Assembly (NCBI GenBank): GCA_964613045.1
Contig: CAZTFS010000002.1
Location: 11,108-75,107 of the forward strand
From: an uncultured Eubacteriales bacterium
Lineage (GTDB): Bacteria; Bacillota; Clostridia; Oscillospirales; Acutalibacteraceae
Length of the DNA: 64,000 bases
Direction: 5' to 3'
The notes under the pieces are model-generated. The model saw nothing but the letters and a program-made list of their open reading frames with translations. It ran no database searches and had not been told where the DNA came from. The position numbers and the translations under genes were made by a program. The number at the start of each line of letters is the position of its first letter. Position 1 is the first letter of the stretch. Positions 27,311-35,671 of the stretch are shown here, piece after piece.

Positions 27311-28243
27311 TTAATCAGTGTGTATATAGAAATCGGCGTCAACAGTCCTCATTCCGACAAAATCACATAAAGACATTGCTGTTTCCATATCGTTGTTTGT
27401 AAAACAGACGATATTACATTTAGGAATAGCTTGTTTTGCGATTGCGGCAGACATTATACTGTGTGCATCAATGAGAATTGCAGCATCATTTTTGTTATTG
27501 TTGACATAATTTACCGATTCTCTGTATTCTTCAATGAACCGATTAACAGCCTTTTTATTACTGTAGTAAAAATCACTGTTTACAGCAACACAACCCATGG
27601 TAAGAATTGAACCGCCTGCTTTTTTCCATTCGTCCGTAATATCAAGCCCCAGTGAAAACGAACTGTCCGATTGAGTAAGAAGCGAAGCAAAGGGTTCGGG
27701 CAGCAGTAATGTATCATAGTCATATTCAATTGCTTTTTTTACGGTTTCGGAATGCTCTGATGTGAAAGAAATATGGGCATTTACATTGTTTTTATTCAAT
27801 ACATAATTAAGAGCATATTCGGCAACAGTACCTTTGCCTGCTGATAAAATTGTTTTTCCTTCAAGATCCTTTACGGAAGATATTTTACTGTTTTTTGTTA
27901 CGATATGAAGCATTCCCAAAGTGTTTACCGCTATAACTTTAATTTTTCTGCCTGAGCTTTCGTAAAGTGCTGCAGCAAGGTTTGCAGGAATACATGCAAT
28001 GTCGTATTCGCCGTCAGCAAGCTTTTTACCGACTTCAGTCGGATCAGTGTCAAGAGAAATGTTGTACACATTTGCTGTTTTTCCAAGATCTGATCTTGTC
28101 CATAGATATGCACCGCCCATTCCCGTAGGTCCTTTGAGAAATGACAGATTTATTGTTTTTCCTTTCCTTGAACCGAATTTCAATATCGGTATCAGCAACA
28201 ATGCACCTGCAGTCAGAACGGATAACAGAATTTTAGTTTTCAT
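27311..28243 (-). CDS. Exported ABC-type substrate-binding protein (NMT1/THI5- or NitT/TauT-like), orphan
   Basis: Signal-like N-terminus MKTKILLSVLTAGALLLIPIL. Periplasmic-binding-fold-like sequence. No adjacent permease or ATPase gene. Confidence 0.5.
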   Translation of the reverse strand: MKTKILLSVLTAGALLLIPILKFGSRKGKTINLSFLKGPTGMGGAYLWTRSDLGKTANVYNISLDTDPTEVGKKLADGEYDIACIPANLAAALYESSGRKIKVIAVNTLGMLHIVTKNSKISSVKDLEGKTILSAGKGTVAEYALNYVLNKNNVNAHISFTSEHSETVKKAIEYDYDTLLLPEPFASLLTQSDSSFSLGLDITDEWKKAGGSILTMGCVAVNSDFYYSNKKAVNRFIEEYRESVNYVNNNKNDAAILIDAHSIMSAAIAKQAIPKCNIVCFTNNDMETAMSLCDFVGMRTVDADFYIHTD

Positions 28244-28300
28244 TTCAATTCACTCCTTACCATAATTTTATGTTAAAAAAGTAAATTGATTCAAAAATAT

Positions 28301-28330
28301 AAGCAGGAAATTCAAAAGAACTTCCTGCTT
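28301..28330. terminator. Terminator hairpin after the 1170-aa gene
   Basis: AAGCAGGAA / TTCCTGCTT, T-rich on both strands. Confidence 0.7.
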
Positions 28331-28337
28331 GAGTTTT

Positions 28338-31300
28338 TTATGTGAATAAATTACCTACGGCTTTAAAGAATTTTATGATCTTCTTGATATATTCAACAAG
28401 CTTGTTGAACATATCCAAAAGGGAAGATGATGTTGAATTCTTCTCCTGTGCGGAAACATCTTCACAGTCGCCTGCATATTCTCCCTGTGTTGTATCCTTC
28501 TGAATTGCAAACGAATCAACATTTGTTACCTTTTCACCGTCAACAGCATAAGCATCAAAATAAAGAACTCCGCCGTCAACCGTAACTGCTGAGAACATTG
28601 AAGAATCAACTTCAATAATAGCCTCTGCTCTGGGGAATAATTCATCTGTAAGTGCTTCATCTTTCTGAAGATATGTTTTTACGCCTGACGTTCCGCTGAT
28701 AACATACGATGTTCCTGCGGGCAGTACGTCTGTTGCATAATTCTTTCCGTTATATTTAAGATATACACGCTCGGTATCTGTAACCTGATTGTCATTAAGG
28801 GCATAAGTTCTCATATATACATGGTCGTGTCCCTGGAAAACAAGGTCTATACCAAGCTCGGGCATAAGAGATGAAAGCTGAGTTCTCATAGCACATACAT
28901 CATCATCGTCATAATGTGAACCGTTGGAATAAATTGCCTTGTGTATTGCAACTATCTTCCATTGTGCATCACTTGACGCAGCATCAGCTTTTAGCCATTC
29001 TATCTGTTCATCTGAAAGTGCATCATTTTCATTCAGATCGTTAGTATTAAGCACCATGAAATGAACATTGTTATAATCAAATGAGTAGTAAGCACCTGTT
29101 GTTGTATCCTGTTCGGGCAGGTTCGAAAGTACAAACTTATTTACAATTGCGTTTTCGCCGAATGCCTCATGATTTCCTGAAGCGGGCATGTAATAAGTGT
29201 TCATTATTTCGTCTGATGCTGTGTCAAATAACCATTGCCACTGCCGGATGTTATCAGGATTGTCAACGTTGTCACCTGTGTGAAGTATAAGGTCAACATC
29301 ATACATATCGAACGCCTTATCAAGCACATTTGCCCAACCACGCTCAAACTGAGCCTGTGTCTGTGACTGAGAATCTGTAACGTTTATAAATGTTACCTTG
29401 TCAGAACCGTCCTGTGTTGTGATAGAACCCGTGTCACTCCACCAGCCACGCTCTTCATTACCCAGTCTGTAGTAATAGGTCGTACCTTCTTCAAGACCGC
29501 TGATAGTTGCGGTGTAATGATTCAGTTCAAAGTCATAATAGAAGAATCCTGTGATTCCTATATCAATACCGGGATAACTCACTGTTGCAACTTCTTCATT
29601 TACGGTAACGCTGAAATCAAGTTTATCAAGCTCTGTTGCCTTGCCTGTAAAACCGTTGAATTCGTCTGCCTTATAGATCTCAATATCGGATCCGTCAACA
29701 GTTTCTTTTGTAAACCAACTGATGTTTGCACTTGTGGCATCACTGCCGAGAGTTACGTTTATCATAGTGGGCAGTCTGTAATTTTCTGTTGAAACTTCGG
29801 GTTCTGTTGCTTCACTTGAATATGTAACATTATTATCGCCGAGATGCTGAGGATTTACGTCAGTTACAAAATCCTGAATGCAATAGGAGAAAGTGTTACC
29901 AAGTGATTCGATCTGACTTTCGGTGATGTATTCTTCCATAAGTGAATCAATAATGTCGTTAATGCTGTCGTAGGGAAGTATACCGAAGCTGAATACAACA
30001 TTTACAAGGTTCATATAGCTTGTATCGCCGTCAAGAAGACCGTTAACAAACTGATTAACACTGCAACCGAGAGAAGTGTTAATCTTGTTGCTTGAGCCGA
30101 AAAGCGAACCTATGTTGACATGCAGCTTTGAAAGAATGGCTTCATCGAGAAGATCATTAAGAATGATATCAAGAAGTGTGTCAATAATAAGATTTACATT
30201 TTCGCCGCTTTCAAACTTTTTGATAACGTCAAGCACAAATGCGTCGTCAGAGCTGTCTTCATTTCCTGTATACCAATAGTACATGGCTGAAAGGACAAAA
30301 TCGCCTAATGTACCACCCGTTGAAGTATCACCGAAATGGTAAGTGTCAATAAATTTTGTACAGGGAACATCTGATACTTTAAGATTGACTACACGGTTGA
30401 GAACGTCTTCGATCAGTGCAAGGAGATTGTCGGGATCATCAATATAGAGCTGCTCTATCTGAGTAAACAGATCCTCAATAAACCACATTATATTGTCTGT
30501 TGAGAAAATATTTATACCTATTATGCTGATACCATCGCCGATATAGGGCTCAAGCAGACCGCCGAGAAGCTCTGCAAGATCGATATTCATTGTTTTGAGA
30601 AATTCATTGATACCGCCTGCATCACTGATCTTGTCGATATAGGGGAGAAGATAATTCTTTACAATACCCATAAAGAATGCTTCCATATCAGCATATCCGT
30701 CATCAGAGTATCTGCCGCCGAAGTTGATAGCAAAAGATGCCGTGCTGAAGGGCTTTTCGTATGTAACACCGTTAACGGTAACTTCGTGAGCATAGTCAAC
30801 ATCAAACATGTCGTATGTCATTTCGCTTTCGCCGTTACCGTATGTTGTTATTGTACAATCTCTTATGCGGTTGGGGAAACCTGTAAGCGTGCCGACTTCA
30901 CAGTCATAGATGACATTTCCGTCATCAGACGTAACACTTGCAATGTCATTAGTGTGCTGATGACCTGTGAAAACATAGTTGATACCTGCATCGGCAAAGG
31001 ATTCTGCTACCCACTGATAGTCGTCGATACAGAATGCATATGTAACAGAAGGCTCTAATTCCATATGAGGTGCAATGCTGTGATGAATCATTGCAACAGG
31101 TGTTTTTCCCTGTGCAATTGCATCAGAAGCCATATTCTGAACCCACGCCATTGTTTCTTCTGTAATCATGCCGTTTGTCTGTTGCTTTCCCGGAACATCG
31201 GGATCGTAAAGGCAGGAATCAATAGCTATAAGTCTGTAATCGTCATCAAGATCAGCAGCATAGGACAGACCGCCGTTATATGAGCCGTCAGCTGCTTTAT

Positions 31301-31850
31301 ATTCACTGATTGCATGGTCGTAACCGAGGTTTGCATAGACCTCTCTGAATTCAGCCTGAGTTATGCATCTTGCTTCCTCCATAACGCCGTTTTCAAAGGT
31401 GCATGCATCATTAACATTGATATCATGGTTGCCGTTGATAACAAATACTTCGATACCTGTTTCTTTTTCAAAGTTTTCAAGAATCTCAGCAAGTTCAATG
31501 TGTGCCTGATATTCGCTGTCTTTTGTCAGATCACCCGGAATAAGAAGATACTTATATCCTTCTTCCTGTGCTTTGAGGGCTATTGAATCAAGTGCCGCAT
31601 AAACAAGAGCTTCGGATTCCTCATACTCCTTTGAGTCTGTAGAACAGAACTCCTGCCATGCCTCGCACAGATCACCTGTGTACGACTGAGGGTAATAATG
31701 AATGTCCGAAACTGCCGCAAAGGACATCGATGCTTTTACTTCTTCGGGATCAGCCGTTCCTTCAGCCACAGAGGTAAAGGCGAGTGAGAAAACTGAAAAA
31801 AGCATCATCGCAGAAAGAAAAACAGCAATAATTTTTTTTGAAAGCTTCAT
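28338..31850 (-). CDS. Secreted 1170-aa protein with two calcineurin-like metallophosphoesterase domains
   Basis: Signal peptide MKLSKKIIAVFLSAMMLFSVFSLAFTSVA. Domain 1: SDIHYY, GDLT, NGNHD, GHQHTND. A PAP-N/FN3-like segment (TYYYRLG). Domain 2: HTGDNVD, SGNHE, IHKAIYS, QGHDHVY. Confidence 0.85.
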   Translation of the reverse strand: MKLSKKIIAVFLSAMMLFSVFSLAFTSVAEGTADPEEVKASMSFAAVSDIHYYPQSYTGDLCEAWQEFCSTDSKEYEESEALVYAALDSIALKAQEEGYKYLLIPGDLTKDSEYQAHIELAEILENFEKETGIEVFVINGNHDINVNDACTFENGVMEEARCITQAEFREVYANLGYDHAISEYKAADGSYNGGLSYAADLDDDYRLIAIDSCLYDPDVPGKQQTNGMITEETMAWVQNMASDAIAQGKTPVAMIHHSIAPHMELEPSVTYAFCIDDYQWVAESFADAGINYVFTGHQHTNDIASVTSDDGNVIYDCEVGTLTGFPNRIRDCTITTYGNGESEMTYDMFDVDYAHEVTVNGVTYEKPFSTASFAINFGGRYSDDGYADMEAFFMGIVKNYLLPYIDKISDAGGINEFLKTMNIDLAELLGGLLEPYIGDGISIIGINIFSTDNIMWFIEDLFTQIEQLYIDDPDNLLALIEDVLNRVVNLKVSDVPCTKFIDTYHFGDTSTGGTLGDFVLSAMYYWYTGNEDSSDDAFVLDVIKKFESGENVNLIIDTLLDIILNDLLDEAILSKLHVNIGSLFGSSNKINTSLGCSVNQFVNGLLDGDTSYMNLVNVVFSFGILPYDSINDIIDSLMEEYITESQIESLGNTFSYCIQDFVTDVNPQHLGDNNVTYSSEATEPEVSTENYRLPTMINVTLGSDATSANISWFTKETVDGSDIEIYKADEFNGFTGKATELDKLDFSVTVNEEVATVSYPGIDIGITGFFYYDFELNHYTATISGLEEGTTYYYRLGNEERGWWSDTGSITTQDGSDKVTFINVTDSQSQTQAQFERGWANVLDKAFDMYDVDLILHTGDNVDNPDNIRQWQWLFDTASDEIMNTYYMPASGNHEAFGENAIVNKFVLSNLPEQDTTTGAYYSFDYNNVHFMVLNTNDLNENDALSDEQIEWLKADAASSDAQWKIVAIHKAIYSNGSHYDDDDVCAMRTQLSSLMPELGIDLVFQGHDHVYMRTYALNDNQVTDTERVYLKYNGKNYATDVLPAGTSYVISGTSGVKTYLQKDEALTDELFPRAEAIIEVDSSMFSAVTVDGGVLYFDAYAVDGEKVTNVDSFAIQKDTTQGEYAGDCEDVSAQEKNSTSSSLLDMFNKLVEYIKKIIKFFKAVGNLFT

Positions 31851-31920
31851 AGTAATGTTCCTTTCTTAATTTATACGCTAATTATACTCATTATTATTAC
31901 AGAAGTAAATATAAACTATT

Positions 31921-31954
31921 AATATTAACAAATTTTTAATATTGACAAATTTTA
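31921..31954. repeat. Tandem 17-bp direct repeat upstream of the phosphoesterase gene
   Basis: AATATTAACAAATTTTT (31921-31937) and AATATTGACAAATTTTA (31938-31954), 15/17 identical. A partial third copy AATATTG lies at 31962-31968. Confidence 0.8.
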
Positions 31955-31971
31955 AAGACATAATATTGTTG

Positions 31972-33567
31972 TTATTCAAGTTTTGCAGCTATTCTGAGGA
32001 TTTTTCTTGCATCTGCCGCCGTAATTCTTCCGTCACCTGTTACATCTGCCGCTATTTTTTCTGTGTAAGTCGGTGAATAAAGATTTGCTGATATTCTCAG
32101 TGCAATTCGTGCATCTGATGCCGTGACACTGCTGTCAGCATTTATATCTCCGATAAGCATGTCTGCTGAGGGTATTTTTTCGGTGTTGTATTCATTATCA
32201 CTTATGAATCTGGGGTAGTCGATATAACAGATGTTAAGATCTGTGTATCTTGATTCGATTCCGCTTACACCGCCGTGCTCCGTATACTGCCACATGCCGT
32301 ATTCGCCGCTGTAGCTGCATTTGTCATGCCAATCAGCTATCCACAGTGCATGATTTGAAAAAAGTGCATCGTTGTAATAGTCGCTTGCCCATGATGTGCT
32401 GCAGTAAACTCCCGAATAGATATTTACTTTATCCATTTCCGAAAGAAACGTATATGTAATGTTGAAAATTGCAGTTTTACCGCATCTCTCAGTTACTGCA
32501 TCTTCCATATCTATGTATACCGGCATATCAAATTCAAGATCGTATTTGTTAATAGTGTCAATTACAAACTGAGCTTCAGCCTTTGCTTCATCGGTTGTTG
32601 TTGCCGTAGAATAGAAGTAGCAGCCCACGTGAAGCCCCTGTTCCTTCGCACCTTTGTAATATTCGAGAAATCTTTCATCAATAAGTATTTCTCTTGTCAG
32701 TGAGCCTCTCAGACCGATTCTCATTATTACGGCTTTTATGTCACCCGATGCCACCTTTGACCAGTCGATATTGCCTTGCCATTTTGAAACATCAATAACA
32801 TTCCAATTTACTGCATATTCACTTGTGCCGGCATGTGAATCGTCATAAAGAACAGCATAGTCCATGCTGATCCAACCGTTGTAACCGTTGTATGTAATAT
32901 ATCCCCATGCTCCGTCACTGCTGAAGTCTGTTATGTCGACTATTGTTCCGATAGGGATCTTTGTAAGAACCGTACAGCTTGTATTGGGTTCTTTTCTCAA
33001 GTTGAGAAAAGAAGCTGTGGTCATGTGTTTTCCTGTTGTATAATTTGAAACATAACTGTAATCCGGAGTTGCGTATGCTATGATCTTTTCCATTCCGATG
33101 GTGTAAAGCTTCTTTTTTACGGTGTTGTCATTATCGCAGATAACGGCTGTAACGAACTGAGTGTCCGTTGAGATAACAATTGCACAATTTTCCGCTGTAA
33201 TGCCGTCATCTCCGATAAAAAGAATGTCGCCCCTTTCGGGGATGTAATCAGGATTTGCATTTATCCTCATGCCTTCAGTGAAGAAATCATATAAATTCGA
33301 TACTGTTTCTGTTGTCGGAATAACTTCATTCGGGATTTTTGCTTCATCGGCACACCAGATGATAAAATTCAGACTTGCGTTTACATTATTACCGTATTTT
33401 TCTGATTCGTCAGCAGTACAACCAACCTGAGTAAGTGATATTTCGGCAATATCATCTGCGTAAGACCCCGTATTCTTATGAGTATTCTCAAATGCCGCAG
33501 ATGTCATTACAGTGAACGCTGACAGGAGCACAATAACGGATATAATTATGCTTAGATATCTTTTCAT
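31972..33567 (-). CDS. Secreted modular cell-wall hydrolase: N-terminal CHAP/NlpC-like region, SH3b, GH25 muramidase, C-terminal dockerin
   Basis: Signal peptide. SH3b-like LNLRKEPNTSCTVLTKIPIGTIVDI...GWISMDY. GH25 motif VIDVSKWQGNIDWSKV...VIMRIG...GCYFYS. Dockerin at the C-terminus. Confidence 0.8.
   Translation of the reverse strand: MKRYLSIIISVIVLLSAFTVMTSAAFENTHKNTGSYADDIAEISLTQVGCTADESEKYGNNVNASLNFIIWCADEAKIPNEVIPTTETVSNLYDFFTEGMRINANPDYIPERGDILFIGDDGITAENCAIVISTDTQFVTAVICDNDNTVKKKLYTIGMEKIIAYATPDYSYVSNYTTGKHMTTASFLNLRKEPNTSCTVLTKIPIGTIVDITDFSSDGAWGYITYNGYNGWISMDYAVLYDDSHAGTSEYAVNWNVIDVSKWQGNIDWSKVASGDIKAVIMRIGLRGSLTREILIDERFLEYYKGAKEQGLHVGCYFYSTATTTDEAKAEAQFVIDTINKYDLEFDMPVYIDMEDAVTERCGKTAIFNITYTFLSEMDKVNIYSGVYCSTSWASDYYNDALFSNHALWIADWHDKCSYSGEYGMWQYTEHGGVSGIESRYTDLNICYIDYPRFISDNEYNTEKIPSADMLIGDINADSSVTASDARIALRISANLYSPTYTEKIAADVTGDGRITAADARKILRIAAKLE
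31975..32151 (-). other. Dockerin module (two F-hand Ca-binding repeats)
   Basis: GDINADSSVTASDARIALRISANL ... ADVTGDGRITAADARKILRIAAKL. Confidence 0.75.
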
Positions 33568-33580
33568 TTCATTTTACCTC

Positions 33581-33615
33581 AAAAAAAACAGAGACTTGAC
33601 TTTACGTCAGTCTCT
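33581..33615 (-). terminator. Rho-independent terminator after the zinc-ribbon membrane protein gene, abutting the lysozyme RBS
   Basis: On the minus strand: AGAGACTGAC...GTCAAGTCTCT hairpin, then TTTTTTTT (plus-strand A-run at 33581-33588), then GAGG RBS. Confidence 0.7.
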
Positions 33616-33662
33616 ATTATGCAATATTTTTATTGGAAATACAAGAATATTTTAAATATTTA

Positions 33663-34367
33663 TCAGAAGAAAAATTTTCTTGAAAGCCAGGCTCTTAATT
33701 TACTGTTTTTTGCTGCAACAACGAAGAAAAGCAGGAAGATAAGACTTGATACCCCGAGAATTGTTGTGATATACGTTGCTACAACTGAAAAACTGTAAAT
33801 ATTTATTACCGTACATATATATGCATTTGTAACAGTCAATGCTGCAAAGGTTGCAATCGTGGACTGTAACAGCGTTCTTTTCTTTGAAAAATAAGCTGCA
33901 AGAACCGCAATTATTGCAAATATTCCTATGACCAGAGGCAGTGCAAGCTTCCAAAACCAACCTGTCTGTTCCGAATTGTAGTAATAAAACAGGAATATGT
34001 ATGCGGCAGTAACGATCGCATCAATAAATATGATCAGATACTGATTTTTCTTTTTCATTAAGAAAGGGAACACAAAAAGAAACCACGCAAGAACCGACGA
34101 TGATACCACGTATATGCTCCACAGTGTTTCAGGTGCAAAAAGAATATTGGTAAGCATGCATACAATATTCGGAATCAGCATTACAAGCGTAAGAATGATT
34201 GCACCGTACTTGTTTTTCGTTGCTTTCGGCAAAACGATCTTTTCGGGAAACGGCGGATCATTTTTCCCCATATTAATTACATTGGGATTGAGAACGGGTG
34301 TGTCGCAGAGAGGGCACTTGATCGAACTCTCTGCAAGCTCCACGCCACAGTTTACACAATATGACAT
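33663..34367 (-). CDS. Zinc-ribbon membrane protein (DUF6320-like)
   Basis: N-terminal CVNC...CPLC zinc ribbon, then about 6 hydrophobic helices. Confidence 0.6.
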   Translation of the reverse strand: MSYCVNCGVELAESSIKCPLCDTPVLNPNVINMGKNDPPFPEKIVLPKATKNKYGAIILTLVMLIPNIVCMLTNILFAPETLWSIYVVSSSVLAWFLFVFPFLMKKKNQYLIIFIDAIVTAAYIFLFYYYNSEQTGWFWKLALPLVIGIFAIIAVLAAYFSKKRTLLQSTIATFAALTVTNAYICTVINIYSFSVVATYITTILGVSSLIFLLFFVVAAKNSKLRAWLSRKFFF

Positions 34368-34384
34368 ATTATTTCTCCTCGTAT

Positions 34385-35671
34385 TTATTGTTTGTTGCTT
34401 TCTACTTTTACAGGTATACCTTGCTTGATAAGGAAACGGAAAAACTCACGTTCAATATCTGTATTTGTATACATGTTTGCGAAAGATACCGCCATAGTAT
34501 TTCCCACTGTGCCTGCACCGACTCTTGCACCGTTAAGTCTGCCGGGACTGGGCATGAGGATATAGCTGTCCACATGTTCAAGCATCTCGGGAGGGATTCC
34601 TACAACACCTACATTTGTAAAAACAGATGTTGTTGTTTTTTCAGCACCGCACGTAAACACAAGACCTACTGCAAAATCTTTTATTGCAATCGGAATAAAT
34701 CTCATGATGGGATTTCTTTCAATTCCTAAATTTGAAGCAAACATTGCACTCAGATGCTTTGCGTTGTTTGTAAGTCTGAGACTCAATGACAGATGCTTAA
34801 GTACTTCGTCAAATGTGTATTCACCCCATGTCGGGTCGATTCTGATCTGATAGTTGACTGAAAAATTTCTCAGAGTTTTTGATTCAAACTGATTTCTGCA
34901 GTTTACGGGAATCTGCATAACAACTTCCTTTTGTTTTATGTTTTCTCTTCTCTGAAACTGCATGTGTATCAACATAAGTGCAGAGGACAGATATTCGGTT
35001 ATCGTTACACCTTTTTCTTTTGCCTTTGCTTTAAGTATATCAACGGGAATATAGCCGGTCGTGATGATTGATGTATGTTTTGGCATTTTTTCACCTATAC
35101 GGTGATACGTCTTAAACTGGGGCAGACGCTCTTTTGCTGTTTTTGATGCATATTTTACAAACGAATCCTCAATTTCCTCATCTTTCGGATTTTCATTTAT
35201 GTCATATACCATTCCTGTGCAAGGAATGTCGTATCCTTTCAGTCTGAGATATTCTGCAACTACGGTACAAAGGAAGACAGTTGCACCGAAGCCGTCTGTA
35301 AGTGCATGAAATATCTCAATTGATATTCTGTTTTTATAGTAAAAGAATCTGAACATATAGCGGTTGTTTTCTTTGTGATTAAGTCGCAGACAGGGATTGT
35401 TTGCGTCGGGCAGAACAACCGGATCTTCCGGATTCTTTTCAATGTAATGCCAGAACAGTCCGTTTCGTAAACGTACAGCCATGGTCGGAAAACGGGGGAG
35501 ACATTTCTTAACAGCCTTGAAAAGTATATCAGGATCGACCTCTTCTTTTAAATTAAGAGATGCTCTTATCATGTTTGACCATGTTTTTGTATTCTGTCCG
35601 GGAAACACAGTGCCTGCATTATCAAGCTTAAACCATGTTTTGTTTTTGATATTTTTATTTATCTTTTTCAT
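34385..35671 (-). CDS. Condensation/acyltransferase-superfamily protein with an HxxxDG motif (alcohol-acetyltransferase/PapA5-like)
   Basis: FHALTDGFGA active-site-type motif and N-terminal WFKLDNAGTVFP. Its start overlaps the ispG stop (TAATG). Confidence 0.55.
   Translation of the reverse strand: MKKINKNIKNKTWFKLDNAGTVFPGQNTKTWSNMIRASLNLKEEVDPDILFKAVKKCLPRFPTMAVRLRNGLFWHYIEKNPEDPVVLPDANNPCLRLNHKENNRYMFRFFYYKNRISIEIFHALTDGFGATVFLCTVVAEYLRLKGYDIPCTGMVYDINENPKDEEIEDSFVKYASKTAKERLPQFKTYHRIGEKMPKHTSIITTGYIPVDILKAKAKEKGVTITEYLSSALMLIHMQFQRRENIKQKEVVMQIPVNCRNQFESKTLRNFSVNYQIRIDPTWGEYTFDEVLKHLSLSLRLTNNAKHLSAMFASNLGIERNPIMRFIPIAIKDFAVGLVFTCGAEKTTTSVFTNVGVVGIPPEMLEHVDSYILMPSPGRLNGARVGAGTVGNTMAVSFANMYTNTDIEREFFRFLIKQGIPVKVESNKQ

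Noticed and set aside
31925-31947. Pho-box (PhoP binding site) assignment for the TTAACA/TTGACA repeats.
   Set aside because: The hexamers are 17 bp apart rather than on the ~11-bp phasing known for Bacillus PhoP boxes, and one hexamer has G at the variable position. I kept it only as an unassigned direct repeat.
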